From assembly GCA_964489065.1 (NCBI GenBank), contig CAZAXH010000001.1:374358-438357 (forward strand): a stretch of 64,000 nt of DNA, written 5' to 3'. The notes below the pieces were generated by a model. It saw only the letters and a program-made list of their open reading frames with translations, ran no database searches and was not told where the DNA came from. The translations under genes were made by a program, and so were the position numbers. The stretch comes from an uncultured Planctomycetales bacterium. Its GTDB lineage: Bacteria > Omnitrophota > Gorgyraeia > Zapsychrales > JANLHA01. This document shows, in pieces, positions 39,593 to 48,219 of the stretch (position 1 is its first letter; the number at the start of each line of letters is the position of its first letter).

Positions 39593-42500
39593 TTACAAAC
39601 AAATACCGCTCCAGTTCCCGCAGCTTGTGCAGGACTCTGTCCCGGGAATAATAAAATATTTCAGACAGGAGCGAGTCTGCCCAGGCGTACAGTCACTATA
39701 AGGAAGCTCACAGTTTCCGTCGAACGCTCCGGTGACATCGTTACAGTACACGACCCCGGACGTACAGCCGGACGTGGTCGTACAGGTTTTTGTCGATCCG
39801 CTGATACAAACACAGGTCTCGTAAAGGCCGCTGGAAGTATTACAAGTCTGTGTCCCCAAGACACCGTCAATATAACAATACACCACGCCGGGCAAACATC
39901 GGCAATCCTCATAATCATCCCCGCAGGAAACGCACTCCTCCACGCCCGGGTTCCCATCGCCCAAAGTACAGTCCCGGGTGCTGCCGGGCGCGCAGGTCGG
40001 GTTGCTCTGTTCACACGCCGTCCACCCTCCGCCGGAACAGGTCCCAATCCCCGGACAAGAAGACGATGTCGTGCAGCTTTGGGTTTCCTGCGGGTCACAC
40101 CAGCACAGACCCCAGCCCGTCCCGCAGGCATTACATGTTTTCTTGGAAATAAAGCCGTCGGCATTAGGCTCGCAATTCACAACTTCGCCCGGCGTACAGA
40201 CCGGATTGGCCTGCTGACAGGAACTCCAGGTTCCGCCCACGCACAGGCGATGATACGGGCAGCCTCCGACCGGAGGGCATTCCAATGTTTCTCCCGAAGA
40301 ACACGTCGTACACGAGGTGTTATACGAACACGTTTTCTGCACCGGGCAAGCGCTGTTGACAGGGGTGGTCACAATCAACCTCTTGTCATAAGTACAGGTC
40401 AACCCGTCATACGTTGCCCCGCAGCCCAAATCCTCGGTTGTGCCGGTTGTGTACCCGCAGCAAATTTCCGCATAATTCACTTGATTCACCTTGACGACCG
40501 GGCAGCTTTTCCCACCGCCGGGCTCTTTCACAGTGACGTAGTGAGTTGCCGGGACATTTAAAGGCGACCCATACCCGCAATAATAATTCGTCGTATACTC
40601 ACAGCACGTGTCGTGGTAAGGATAGGGATTCCGGGACCTGACCGGACATTCGGTCAGGACCGGTTCTTTAATTTCGACTCGAGTCGTTTCCGGATATCCT
40701 AAAGGTGCGTATCCGCACACCACCGTATAAGTCGCTGGGTAGCCGCAACAAGTGTTATCATTATGAATCTGGCTGATCACTTTAATCGGACAGTCCGCAT
40801 GAACAATCCCCGGCTCCTGCCAAGTCACGTAGTCCGTGACCGGGAACATCACCCCGTCCCCGCACCCCTGCTGCAGAGCCCCGTATTGACAGCACGTTTC
40901 ATCATAAGCCGGGACTCCGACAATCTGAACTTCGCAGGTGGGGTTCGTGGGCGACTCCAGATAAGACACCAAATACGTAACAGGATACCCCAAAGCCCCG
41001 CATTCCGTCGTAGGGGACGCCGGATAATCGCAACAGCTCTGGTGGTTTGTCTGTTCGGTCACTATCGGGTCACACCCGGTGGACGACGTCTGCGTCGTGA
41101 TCCAGGAACTCGTCGGGTACGTCACGCCGTCGCCGCATGCCGAAGTCGCGGCCCCATAAGCACAACATGTGTATTCATAAGGAACCACATTCTGAAACAG
41201 TGGATCACAGCCGGGTAACGCGTTCCCCGGCTCATTGACCTGCAATTGGGTATGATCCGGGTACCAGCCCGAGTACCCGCATTGGGACGCCTGAAACCCG
41301 CCGTAATTACAGCAGAATGGATCATTGGCGATTTCGTTCTGTACCACCGTCGGGCATTCCGCGAAATTCTGCGTCGGAGTCTGGACCTCGACCGAGGTTG
41401 TCTCGGGGCGGCCGTCATACCCGCAGAGTCGCGTGAATCCCCCATATCCGCAGCATCCGTCAGCCGTCGGACGGTCAACAATAACGTCACAGCTGGGGTT
41501 ATTCGGCGTCAATGTCTCAAACAGCGTTGTCACCGGATAGGTCACGCCGTCCCCGCAATGGGCACTGGTCACCTCGTAATCGCAGCAATAATCACACATT
41601 TCTTCCGTGCTCCCGTAGATGTCCGGGCAATTCGAATTACCCGGTTTCTTAGCGCCATAAATACATGTGGTTTCGGGATAAACAACGCCATCCCATGTGC
41701 CGCCGCACTGCACGCTCGGATCCGGATAATTGCAGCACACATCCTCATACGGACCGCACACATCCCCGAATATCGGGCTGCAGAGAGGATTGGTCGGTTC
41801 CCGGAAATCAACAAGATAAGTATCATCATAATATCCTGGATACCCGCATTGATCATACTGCCACGGGCCGTACCCGCAGCACGCCTCATTAAAAGGATCT
41901 TCCGTAATTTCCGTCGGACACGCCGGGTTGCAGCTCGGGGTAGAGGAAACAACCATACTGGAAGTCGGATAGGTCACGCCATCACCGCAGGCTGACGAGG
42001 AAGTGTAACAGCAGCAGCTGTCGGCGTTTTCAACATGATTCCGGTACTCGGTCGGGCACGCCGCATCGACCAACCCCGGGACATTATATTCGATCCAGTC
42101 CGTATCCGGATAAGACCCATACCCGCAACTGCCGATGAACCCGCTGTAGTAACAACAGTATTTGGTCGGGTCATCCTCAATATCGACTTGCTGGACAATC
42201 TTGTGGTCGCAATTCGAGTTCGCCGGGGTCCTGAACTGAAGAAAAGTAGTGGGCGGGAAGACGACCATTTCTCCGTTGACTTTTAAAGTCGCCCCGCAGC
42301 TCGGCGGAACTTCAATGTCTCCGTAATCACAGCAGTCATCCGCATTGGGCGTAATCGTGATATCCGCGGCGCAGTTGGTATTTCCCGCGCTGCGGTAGGT
42401 GATCAGGGTAGAATCCGGATAGACCACACCCTCGACTTCACCGCCGCAGGAACTGCTCTGCGGACCGTAATCACAGCAGTTCGCTTTTGAAACAGGGTCA

Positions 42501-43414
42501 TCCGCCGGATAAATCGTGCCAAACTCCGGCTCGCACGCCGGATTAGCCGGGATATTGACTTCCAGCCACTGGGTGTCAGGATAAAGGATGTCATAACCGC
42601 ACTGCCAGACCAAACCCGCATAATCACAGCAAGATTTAAGCTCCGCGCACTGGAAACGCTCCGGACAATCCTCGACGCCTGTCGCGGAACGCTGAATCTG
42701 CTGCATAGCGGTCGGATCGCACTCGCCTCCGCCGCAAAGATAATCCTCCCACGGGCCATAATTACAGCAGGCGTCGTAAGCGGTGACGCATTCGACCAGG
42801 TCCAGGCAGCCTTCTTCCGGGGCTGTCTTTGTCCTCATAATTTCGTTCGGTTCACAGGGCGACACGCCGCAGCCCATAATAACCCAATCCGTATAGGTGC
42901 AGGCCCCGCAGTCGACCGGGCAATTCGCCAAATCTTCATAAGGAGGATTGCATTCTCCATCCCCGCAGCAGCTAACCACTTCAAGGGACGTCCGCAACTC
43001 ATAAATATGGGACGCCTGAATCGCGGCATCCGCCGGGATATCCGTTTCCAGCACCACGTCTTCCGGAAGAGGCCGGGCCGGGGGCAGGTCGTAAATGTCC
43101 TTCAGCGTTTGGCGCAGTTCCTCAATATGCTGAGCCCGGATAGGGGTAACCTTGGAAATGAGGTTCGGGTTTTCCCAAACAGGAGCGGACATGCCGCACA
43201 GCATGCGTTTGTTATAAATAGCTCTCCTCAACTCCCGGATATGAATCGGTTTTACAGGCCGTTGCAAAGTCACCAGATCATCGTCTGTCCACGTCTGGGC
43301 CGACGCCTGTTGCAACCCCAACAGGCACACCGCCACGGCCACCATCGCGGTCACCGCAAAAAAACATCCCCCTCTTCCGCAGAAAAACCCGTCGTTCCTT
43401 GCCATATCCCCCAT
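39593..43414 (-). CDS. Giant secreted cysteine-rich tandem-repeat protein (1273 aa), novel, no recognisable family
   Basis: Signal peptide (…AVTAMVAVAVCLLGLQQASAQT); N-terminal region with three IxxxHIxELRxxL repeats. About 17 tandem ~45-50-aa modules follow, each starting CC-x-Y-G/S/P and containing four Cys (e.g. CCDYGPQSSSCGGEVEGVVYPDSTLITYRSAGNTNC, CCGYGGFTRLCGYDGRPETTSVEVQTPTQNFAEC). The C-terminal ~230 aa form a Cys/Thr/Gly-rich stalk with two duplicated C-x-G-x-C...NP-x-C-x-PG modules. There is no C-terminal anchor. A strong single frame is maintained across 3.8 kb of repetitive DNA. Confidence 0.8.
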   Translation of the reverse strand: MGDMARNDGFFCGRGGCFFAVTAMVAVAVCLLGLQQASAQTWTDDDLVTLQRPVKPIHIRELRRAIYNKRMLCGMSAPVWENPNLISKVTPIRAQHIEELRQTLKDIYDLPPARPLPEDVVLETDIPADAAIQASHIYELRTSLEVVSCCGDGECNPPYEDLANCPVDCGACTYTDWVIMGCGVSPCEPNEIMRTKTAPEEGCLDLVECVTAYDACCNYGPWEDYLCGGGECDPTAMQQIQRSATGVEDCPERFQCAELKSCCDYAGLVWQCGYDILYPDTQWLEVNIPANPACEPEFGTIYPADDPVSKANCCDYGPQSSSCGGEVEGVVYPDSTLITYRSAGNTNCAADITITPNADDCCDYGDIEVPPSCGATLKVNGEMVVFPPTTFLQFRTPANSNCDHKIVQQVDIEDDPTKYCCYYSGFIGSCGYGSYPDTDWIEYNVPGLVDAACPTEYRNHVENADSCCCYTSSSACGDGVTYPTSSMVVSSTPSCNPACPTEITEDPFNEACCGYGPWQYDQCGYPGYYDDTYLVDFREPTNPLCSPIFGDVCGPYEDVCCNYPDPSVQCGGTWDGVVYPETTCIYGAKKPGNSNCPDIYGSTEEMCDYCCDYEVTSAHCGDGVTYPVTTLFETLTPNNPSCDVIVDRPTADGCCGYGGFTRLCGYDGRPETTSVEVQTPTQNFAECPTVVQNEIANDPFCCNYGGFQASQCGYSGWYPDHTQLQVNEPGNALPGCDPLFQNVVPYEYTCCAYGAATSACGDGVTYPTSSWITTQTSSTGCDPIVTEQTNHQSCCDYPASPTTECGALGYPVTYLVSYLESPTNPTCEVQIVGVPAYDETCCQYGALQQGCGDGVMFPVTDYVTWQEPGIVHADCPIKVISQIHNDNTCCGYPATYTVVCGYAPLGYPETTRVEIKEPVLTECPVRSRNPYPYHDTCCEYTTNYYCGYGSPLNVPATHYVTVKEPGGGKSCPVVKVNQVNYAEICCGYTTGTTEDLGCGATYDGLTCTYDKRLIVTTPVNSACPVQKTCSYNTSCTTCSSGETLECPPVGGCPYHRLCVGGTWSSCQQANPVCTPGEVVNCEPNADGFISKKTCNACGTGWGLCWCDPQETQSCTTSSSCPGIGTCSGGGWTACEQSNPTCAPGSTRDCTLGDGNPGVEECVSCGDDYEDCRCLPGVVYCYIDGVLGTQTCNTSSGLYETCVCISGSTKTCTTTSGCTSGVVYCNDVTGAFDGNCELPYSDCTPGQTRSCLKYFIIPGTESCTSCGNWSGICL

Positions 43415-43429
43415 CTCCTTTTTGAAATA

Positions 43430-44290
43430 TTACGGCGCATACATCGCATAATATCCCGACGTGCTCGGGTCCCCGGTATCAATATACCGCAGTTTTATTT
43501 CCCCGACCGGGTCACTGCCGAGCTTAACTTCAATCGGCCCGTTAATGCGCAGCTTCCCGCTGGGCAGCAAAACAAGTTCCGTCGTGGCACCAACGGCGGT
43601 CCCGTAGTTAATCTTAAAATAATTATCCGCAGCATCAAGCCCCATCGTCACAAACGTCGTCCCCCGGGAAAACGTCACCTGGCTGTCCTGACCGGCGTCG
43701 ACCGTGATCTCCACTTTTCCCTTAACGACCAATTCATGGGTAGGATTGGTCATATTCACCCCCACGTTCCCCTGGGGCGTGATATGAATCCGGGTTGTAT
43801 TATTCGTATTAATTTGAAGAGACGTATTGCTGGAGGTTCCGATGGAGGAGTTCGTGGCCTGACTTCGCACAACATAAGCGCTGCCGCCCATCTGGTCGAC
43901 TTTAAAAGTAGCGTCGGCCCCCTGCGCTTCAACCTGCAGCAGGCTGTCAGGATTAATGGTCCCGATCCCGACTTTCAGGGAGCTGTAATTCGTCACATCC
44001 GTCAGGAAAACCGCGTCCCCATCCTGAGTCCACGCGGTCGGTAAAAGCCCGTACGTTGAATCGTTCCGGCAATACATTAAAAGACCTGTGGTTTCATCCA
44101 CGTACATGCTCCCGACATCACAGGCGCCGCTTATAGCGGCGCGAGGAACAAGGCGAAACTGGGAGTAGGAACCAAACGGCGCGGGATAATAGGTCGTTAA
44201 CGTCAACGTCCCCGCGCGAACAGGAGAAACGGAAAGCCCTAAAAACATGATCCCCGACAACAAGACAAAAAATTTCTTTTTCTGTTTCAT
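43430..44290 (-). CDS. Secreted beta-rich protein (287 aa) with tail-fibre-like repeats, co-transcribed with the giant Cys-repeat protein
   Basis: Likely start MKQKKKFFVLLSGIMFLGLSVSPVRAG (signal peptide) with a GAGGAG RBS; the track ORF 43430..44491 has a 67-codon upstream extension that is probably not translated. Ser/Thr/Gly/Asn-rich with repeated units of the form LKVGIGTINPDSLLQVEAQG and GNVGVNMTNPTHELVVKG, resembling beta-helical tail-fibre/collar motifs. Only 15 nt separate its stop from the giant gene start. Confidence 0.55.
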   Translation of the reverse strand: MKQKKKFFVLLSGIMFLGLSVSPVRAGTLTLTTYYPAPFGSYSQFRLVPRAAISGACDVGSMYVDETTGLLMYCRNDSTYGLLPTAWTQDGDAVFLTDVTNYSSLKVGIGTINPDSLLQVEAQGADATFKVDQMGGSAYVVRSQATNSSIGTSSNTSLQINTNNTTRIHITPQGNVGVNMTNPTHELVVKGKVEITVDAGQDSQVTFSRGTTFVTMGLDAADNYFKINYGTAVGATTELVLLPSGKLRINGPIEVKLGSDPVGEIKLRYIDTGDPSTSGYYAMYAP

Positions 44291-44766
44291 TCTGAGTCTC
44301 CTCACGGCAAGGCAAATAAGCTTGCCAGGCTTCTTTTCATCGCTGTTATAAAAAGTATACAATAATATTTTAATAAATGGCCACAATCTCCCGGTGCCCC
44401 CGGCAGCCCCAGACGCATTCTCCCGTCGGGGGAAATCCGCAGGAAACAGTAAAAGTCCGTGACCCCATCCGAGATAGACGGGAAAAGGCATGAAGAAAGC
44501 GCTTTCTCCCCGGATGCACGTCCCTCCTCTTTTGAAAAACAGCTCCCGGGAAAGTGGCTCAAAATAATTATATCCTCAGCCACGGGTTATTCTAGACATA
44601 ATTCATATTTTATCTTTTAAAACAGAAGGGCAGAACTTTAGCGAGGCCGTTTCTGCAGAAGCCGAATCAGGACATAAATCACCACCACAATCCCCACGGT
44701 GACAAACCCCGCGGCCATATCGGATAATCCCGGAAGGGTTTCTTCTCCCATAACGTTTTCCCTCTA

Positions 44767-45699
44767 TTAATAAGTTCCGTTCAAGTAGTCCTGAAGGACG
44801 CTCTTGTGGTCAAACGCAAACGTGTAAGACAAAATGGCCTCTTTAGGAATCACTTTCAGGCCCTTGGCATCATCCCCGAATTGGGGGATGCCGCGCCCCC
44901 GCGCCACAAACACCGTGGTGACTGTGTGGAACCTCGGATCCCGGTCAGGGTCGGAATATGTGTGGAACTGCCGCAACCCGTCCAGCGCCAACCCGGTTTC
45001 CTCTCTGGCTTCCCTCCGGGCTGCCGCCTCCAGAGACTCGCCGGGATCCACAAATCCTCCCGGCAAGGCCAAACCAAAAGGAGGATTTGACCGCTCAATA
45101 ACGACAAGGCCATCCGGTTGTTCAATAATAATATCCACGGTCACATACGGACCGAGACCCAATTCGTCCTGAATATGATTAATATATCCGCTCATTTCCC
45201 GAAGATAAAGGTCATAATCTCCGGCATTGTCAAGGCAAACGACGATCCTCTTCACCCCGCCCGGATCCGTGCGGGCAAATCTTAGAATTTCCTGGGCCAG
45301 GATCTTAACCGCCCCGCGGGAAGGGAAGTCCACCCCCGCCGGGAAAAGCGGCGGGAATGCCAAAATTTCCGCTTCCCGGGAACGGGCAAGCGCCAAAGCG
45401 TTCCGGCAGGCCTGACGCAGGATATTTTCATCCGTTCGTCCGTCCTCCACGAACAGAGCATGAATCACCAAACGGTTCGGAAAACTATCCTCCATCGTCC
45501 AGGCGACCGAGCCCGGCCCAGGCAATCCGGGCAAATCTTCCCCTGTGCTCCCCTTCAAAAACCCCTCCCGCACCTTGATCCCGCCCAAAACACCGGCAAG
45601 GGAACCGCGGGCATCACAAGGGTTAACAAACGCGTCTGCCCGCGCCTCCCCGACGTGCCCCCGGACAATATCCACCTCGAGATTTTTTATTTTCAACAT
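44767..45699 (-). CDS. Macro-domain / NUDIX hydrolase fusion protein (ADP-ribose processing)
   Basis: N-terminal macro-like region (EVDIVRGHVGEARADAFVNPCDARGSLAGVLG). C-terminal Nudix box GGFVDPGESLEAAARREAREETGL (Gx5Ex7REUxEExGU). The annotated start overlaps the 3' end of the CCA-enzyme gene by ~77 nt, so the true start may be further downstream. Confidence 0.7.
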   Translation of the reverse strand: MLKIKNLEVDIVRGHVGEARADAFVNPCDARGSLAGVLGGIKVREGFLKGSTGEDLPGLPGPGSVAWTMEDSFPNRLVIHALFVEDGRTDENILRQACRNALALARSREAEILAFPPLFPAGVDFPSRGAVKILAQEILRFARTDPGGVKRIVVCLDNAGDYDLYLREMSGYINHIQDELGLGPYVTVDIIIEQPDGLVVIERSNPPFGLALPGGFVDPGESLEAAARREAREETGLALDGLRQFHTYSDPDRDPRFHTVTTVFVARGRGIPQFGDDAKGLKVIPKEAILSYTFAFDHKSVLQDYLNGTY

Positions 45700-47224
45700 C
45701 CGTGCTTTTCTCCTTGTAGATCCCCGCAGGCATGCCCGTGGAACTCAAAACAGTTCCTGGGAAACGGGCCGCGATACGCTCCGCCAGCGCCAGCGCCTCC
45801 GGCTTGGACGTCACCGCGCCCAAGGCCTGCTGTTCTTCAATTTCCCGCAGAATAACCGAAAACATCGGAGACGGCGGGAGCTTCAGCGTTTCGATAAGAT
45901 CGTCTCCGGTTAACAGCCGCGCGGCCGGGATTTTTTTTCTGTTTTCAAAATAAGCGTGAACAAGCCGCCAGCATATCTCCTCGTGGTGCCTCTGATCTTC
46001 CTCTGTGGTTAACGGCCCCCGTGTCGACTTTTGATCCGCGAGAGAAATCAGCGCGACGCTGACCGCCTCCTCTTTCGTGTCACGGAAATAACGAAAAATA
46101 GCTTTCGCGCTCGGGCACTTAAAATTGGAAAGGTATCCCGGCCGCAGGTGACACGCCACCATATCCATAAGGGCGTGGCGTTCCCGCGTTGAAAGTTTCA
46201 GCATACGGGCGACATGATTAACGATTTGACTTCCGATCCGTTCATGCCCGTGAAAAAGCGTTCGGTTATCCTGTTTTCGTTTTGATTCAGGCTTGCCGAT
46301 ATCGTGCAGCAGCGATCCCAGCTTCATCAAAGCCCGGCGGGACCGGTCCGCCCCCAGGGATTCCGCTAAATATCCGGCAAGCGCGGGATCCGTGGCCACC
46401 TGAGCCAAAATATTATCCAGTTGAACAACCGTTTCCAGGGAATGAGGCCAGACATCCAGATGATGATAAGTGCCCTGTTTCACACGATACATCACCCTGA
46501 CCTGCGGAATCACCTGTTCCAAAATTTTGAGCCGGTCCATTTCCTTCAGAATGCGTGCCGCCGCGCCCGTCTCTAATATTTTAAAAAGCTCGTCCCTGAC
46601 TCTTTCCGGAGACACGTCCCGCAGGCGTTCTTTATCCAGGCAAATCTGCTGCCGGGTACGCGCATCCATATCAAACCCCAGGGCTGCCTTTAAGCTGAAG
46701 GCCCGCAGAATGCGCAACGGATCCTCACGGAACACTTTGACGGACGCCATGCGGATCCTCTGTCCGCGTATATCCGGCCAGGCTTTCCTGTAATCCTGAA
46801 TAACGTCCTTCAGCTCGGCATCAACGGGGCAGGCGGCCAGATTCACGACCAAAGTATTGATCGTGAAATCCCGGTGACCCAAATCTTTCCGGAGAGTCTC
46901 CGCCCGATAATCGGCAAAATCATAAGTCAGCCGTCCTCCCCGCTCCTTTTTAACCACCCGGGCGCACCCGTGTTCTTCGTCCAGGAGAACAAATGCGCCT
47001 TTCACGGTTCGGGCAAAAACCCGGGCCAGCGCGACCGCATTGCGGCTGACGGCAAAATCAAAATCATCACAAGGCCGGCCGAGGGCGAAATCACGCAAAA
47101 ATCCCCCCACTAAAAACACCTCTAGACGGCGTTTCCTGGCTAAATCCCGGATCATTTTTAAAAACGGATATTGATTAAGGAAAGGCACGGGGGCATGTCC
47201 TTGTTTTTCCGGACAACACGTCAT
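45623..47224 (-). CDS. cca: CCA tRNA nucleotidyltransferase / poly(A) polymerase family with C-terminal HD domain
   Basis: Pol-beta nucleotidyltransferase head FLVGGFLRDFALGRPCDDFDFAV; HD motif LLHDIGKP in the C-terminal half; 533 aa. Confidence 0.8.
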   Translation of the reverse strand: MTCCPEKQGHAPVPFLNQYPFLKMIRDLARKRRLEVFLVGGFLRDFALGRPCDDFDFAVSRNAVALARVFARTVKGAFVLLDEEHGCARVVKKERGGRLTYDFADYRAETLRKDLGHRDFTINTLVVNLAACPVDAELKDVIQDYRKAWPDIRGQRIRMASVKVFREDPLRILRAFSLKAALGFDMDARTRQQICLDKERLRDVSPERVRDELFKILETGAAARILKEMDRLKILEQVIPQVRVMYRVKQGTYHHLDVWPHSLETVVQLDNILAQVATDPALAGYLAESLGADRSRRALMKLGSLLHDIGKPESKRKQDNRTLFHGHERIGSQIVNHVARMLKLSTRERHALMDMVACHLRPGYLSNFKCPSAKAIFRYFRDTKEEAVSVALISLADQKSTRGPLTTEEDQRHHEEICWRLVHAYFENRKKIPAARLLTGDDLIETLKLPPSPMFSVILREIEEQQALGAVTSKPEALALAERIAARFPGTVLSSTGMPAGIYKEKSTDVENKKSRGGYCPGARRGGAGRRVC

Positions 47225-47262
47225 TCTTGAACGCCAGACGCCCGTTTCTGTGACAATCCGGG

Positions 47263-47715
47263 CTAATCCAGCTTAAAAAACGAGGCTTTCTGCAAAACTT
47301 CTTCTTCCACAAAAATCGGCGCATGCGCCCGGACCGCCAAAGCGATGCCATCGGAAGGCCGGGAATCAATGATCCGCTCTTCCCCGTCCCGGGTCCGAAG
47401 CGCAAGTTTAGCGTGAAAGGTGTTTTCGACAAGCTTATCGATCACCAGTCTCTCCATTTTGGCCTCCAACGCCTGAATCGTGGCCAACAAGAGGTCATGA
47501 GTCATCGGCCGGGGGACCGCAATCCCCGACAACTTCATTTTGATCGTCGACGCTTCCATAAAGCCGATGACAATCGGGAATTGCCGCTCTCCCTTGCGTT
47601 CTTTCAGGACAATCACCTGGTCCTGACGCCGCTCATCAATAATAATTTTCGTTAAATCAACCTGAACCATACCTCTATTCTTTCTTCCCTCGCCATGCCG
47701 GCCCCAAGCCGGCAA
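47263..47715 (-). CDS. DUF151 bifunctional-nuclease-family protein
   Basis: Core MVQVDLTKIIIDERRQDQVIVLKERKGERQFPIVIG...THDLL matches the DUF151/BFN domain pattern; the track start is a non-ATG codon 15 codons upstream of the MVQV ATG. Confidence 0.6.
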   Translation of the reverse strand: MPAWGRHGEGRKNRGMVQVDLTKIIIDERRQDQVIVLKERKGERQFPIVIGFMEASTIKMKLSGIAVPRPMTHDLLLATIQALEAKMERLVIDKLVENTFHAKLALRTRDGEERIIDSRPSDGIALAVRAHAPIFVEEEVLQKASFFKLD

Positions 47716-47719
47716 GCGT

Positions 47720-48196
47720 TCATTTCCGGCGAACCGGCGCCTTATCTTTTTCCAAAATATATTTAATCTCCGTCATAAAATGGTTCACATCCCGGAATGG
47801 CCGGTAGACCGACGCAAACCGGACATAAGCGACCTGATCCAGGGCCGCCAGCTTTTCCATGATAATTTCCCCGATATCGCTGTAAAGGACTTCCCGGTCG
47901 TATTTTTTCTGGATGGCGCGCTCGACATCCAGGGTCAGTTCTTCGATCTTGTCAACGCTCACCGGTCTTTTTTCGCACGCTTTCACCAGCCCGGCAATAA
48001 TTTTCTTGCGGTCAAAAGGCTGGCGGCGCCCATCTTTTTTAATAACCATCAACGGCGTCTGTTCAATATATTCATACGTCGTGAACCTCTTTTCGCATTT
48101 CAGACATTCCCGGCGGCGGCGTATCACGCAATTATCCCCGCTCATGCGGGAATCGACGACTTTGGTTTCCTTATGGCCACAGGCCGGACATTTCAT
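47720..48196 (-). CDS. nrdR: Transcriptional repressor NrdR
   Basis: MKCPACGHKETKVVDSR...CLKCEKRFTTYE zinc ribbon followed by an ATP-cone domain; 158 aa. Confidence 0.9.
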   Translation of the reverse strand: MKCPACGHKETKVVDSRMSGDNCVIRRRRECLKCEKRFTTYEYIEQTPLMVIKKDGRRQPFDRKKIIAGLVKACEKRPVSVDKIEELTLDVERAIQKKYDREVLYSDIGEIIMEKLAALDQVAYVRFASVYRPFRDVNHFMTEIKYILEKDKAPVRRK

Positions 48197-48219
48197 AACT
48201 GCTCACCCGCCTTCCCATG

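Noticed and set aside
39850-43029. Many long plus-strand ORFs (e.g. 41246..41995 249 aa, 40079..40561, 40763..41218) and nested minus-strand ORFs in other frames inside the giant gene
   Set aside because: They lie antisense to, or out-of-frame within, the 1273-aa Cys-repeat ORF. Their Arg/Pro/Ala-rich low-complexity translations are typical shadow ORFs of GC-rich repetitive coding DNA, and none has an RBS or domain signature.
43007-44044. 345-aa plus-strand ORF
   Set aside because: Antisense across the junction of the 287-aa and giant genes; no features.
44302-44583. 93-aa minus ORF in the operon leader
   Set aside because: No RBS, composition unlike neighbouring proteins; treated as non-coding leader.
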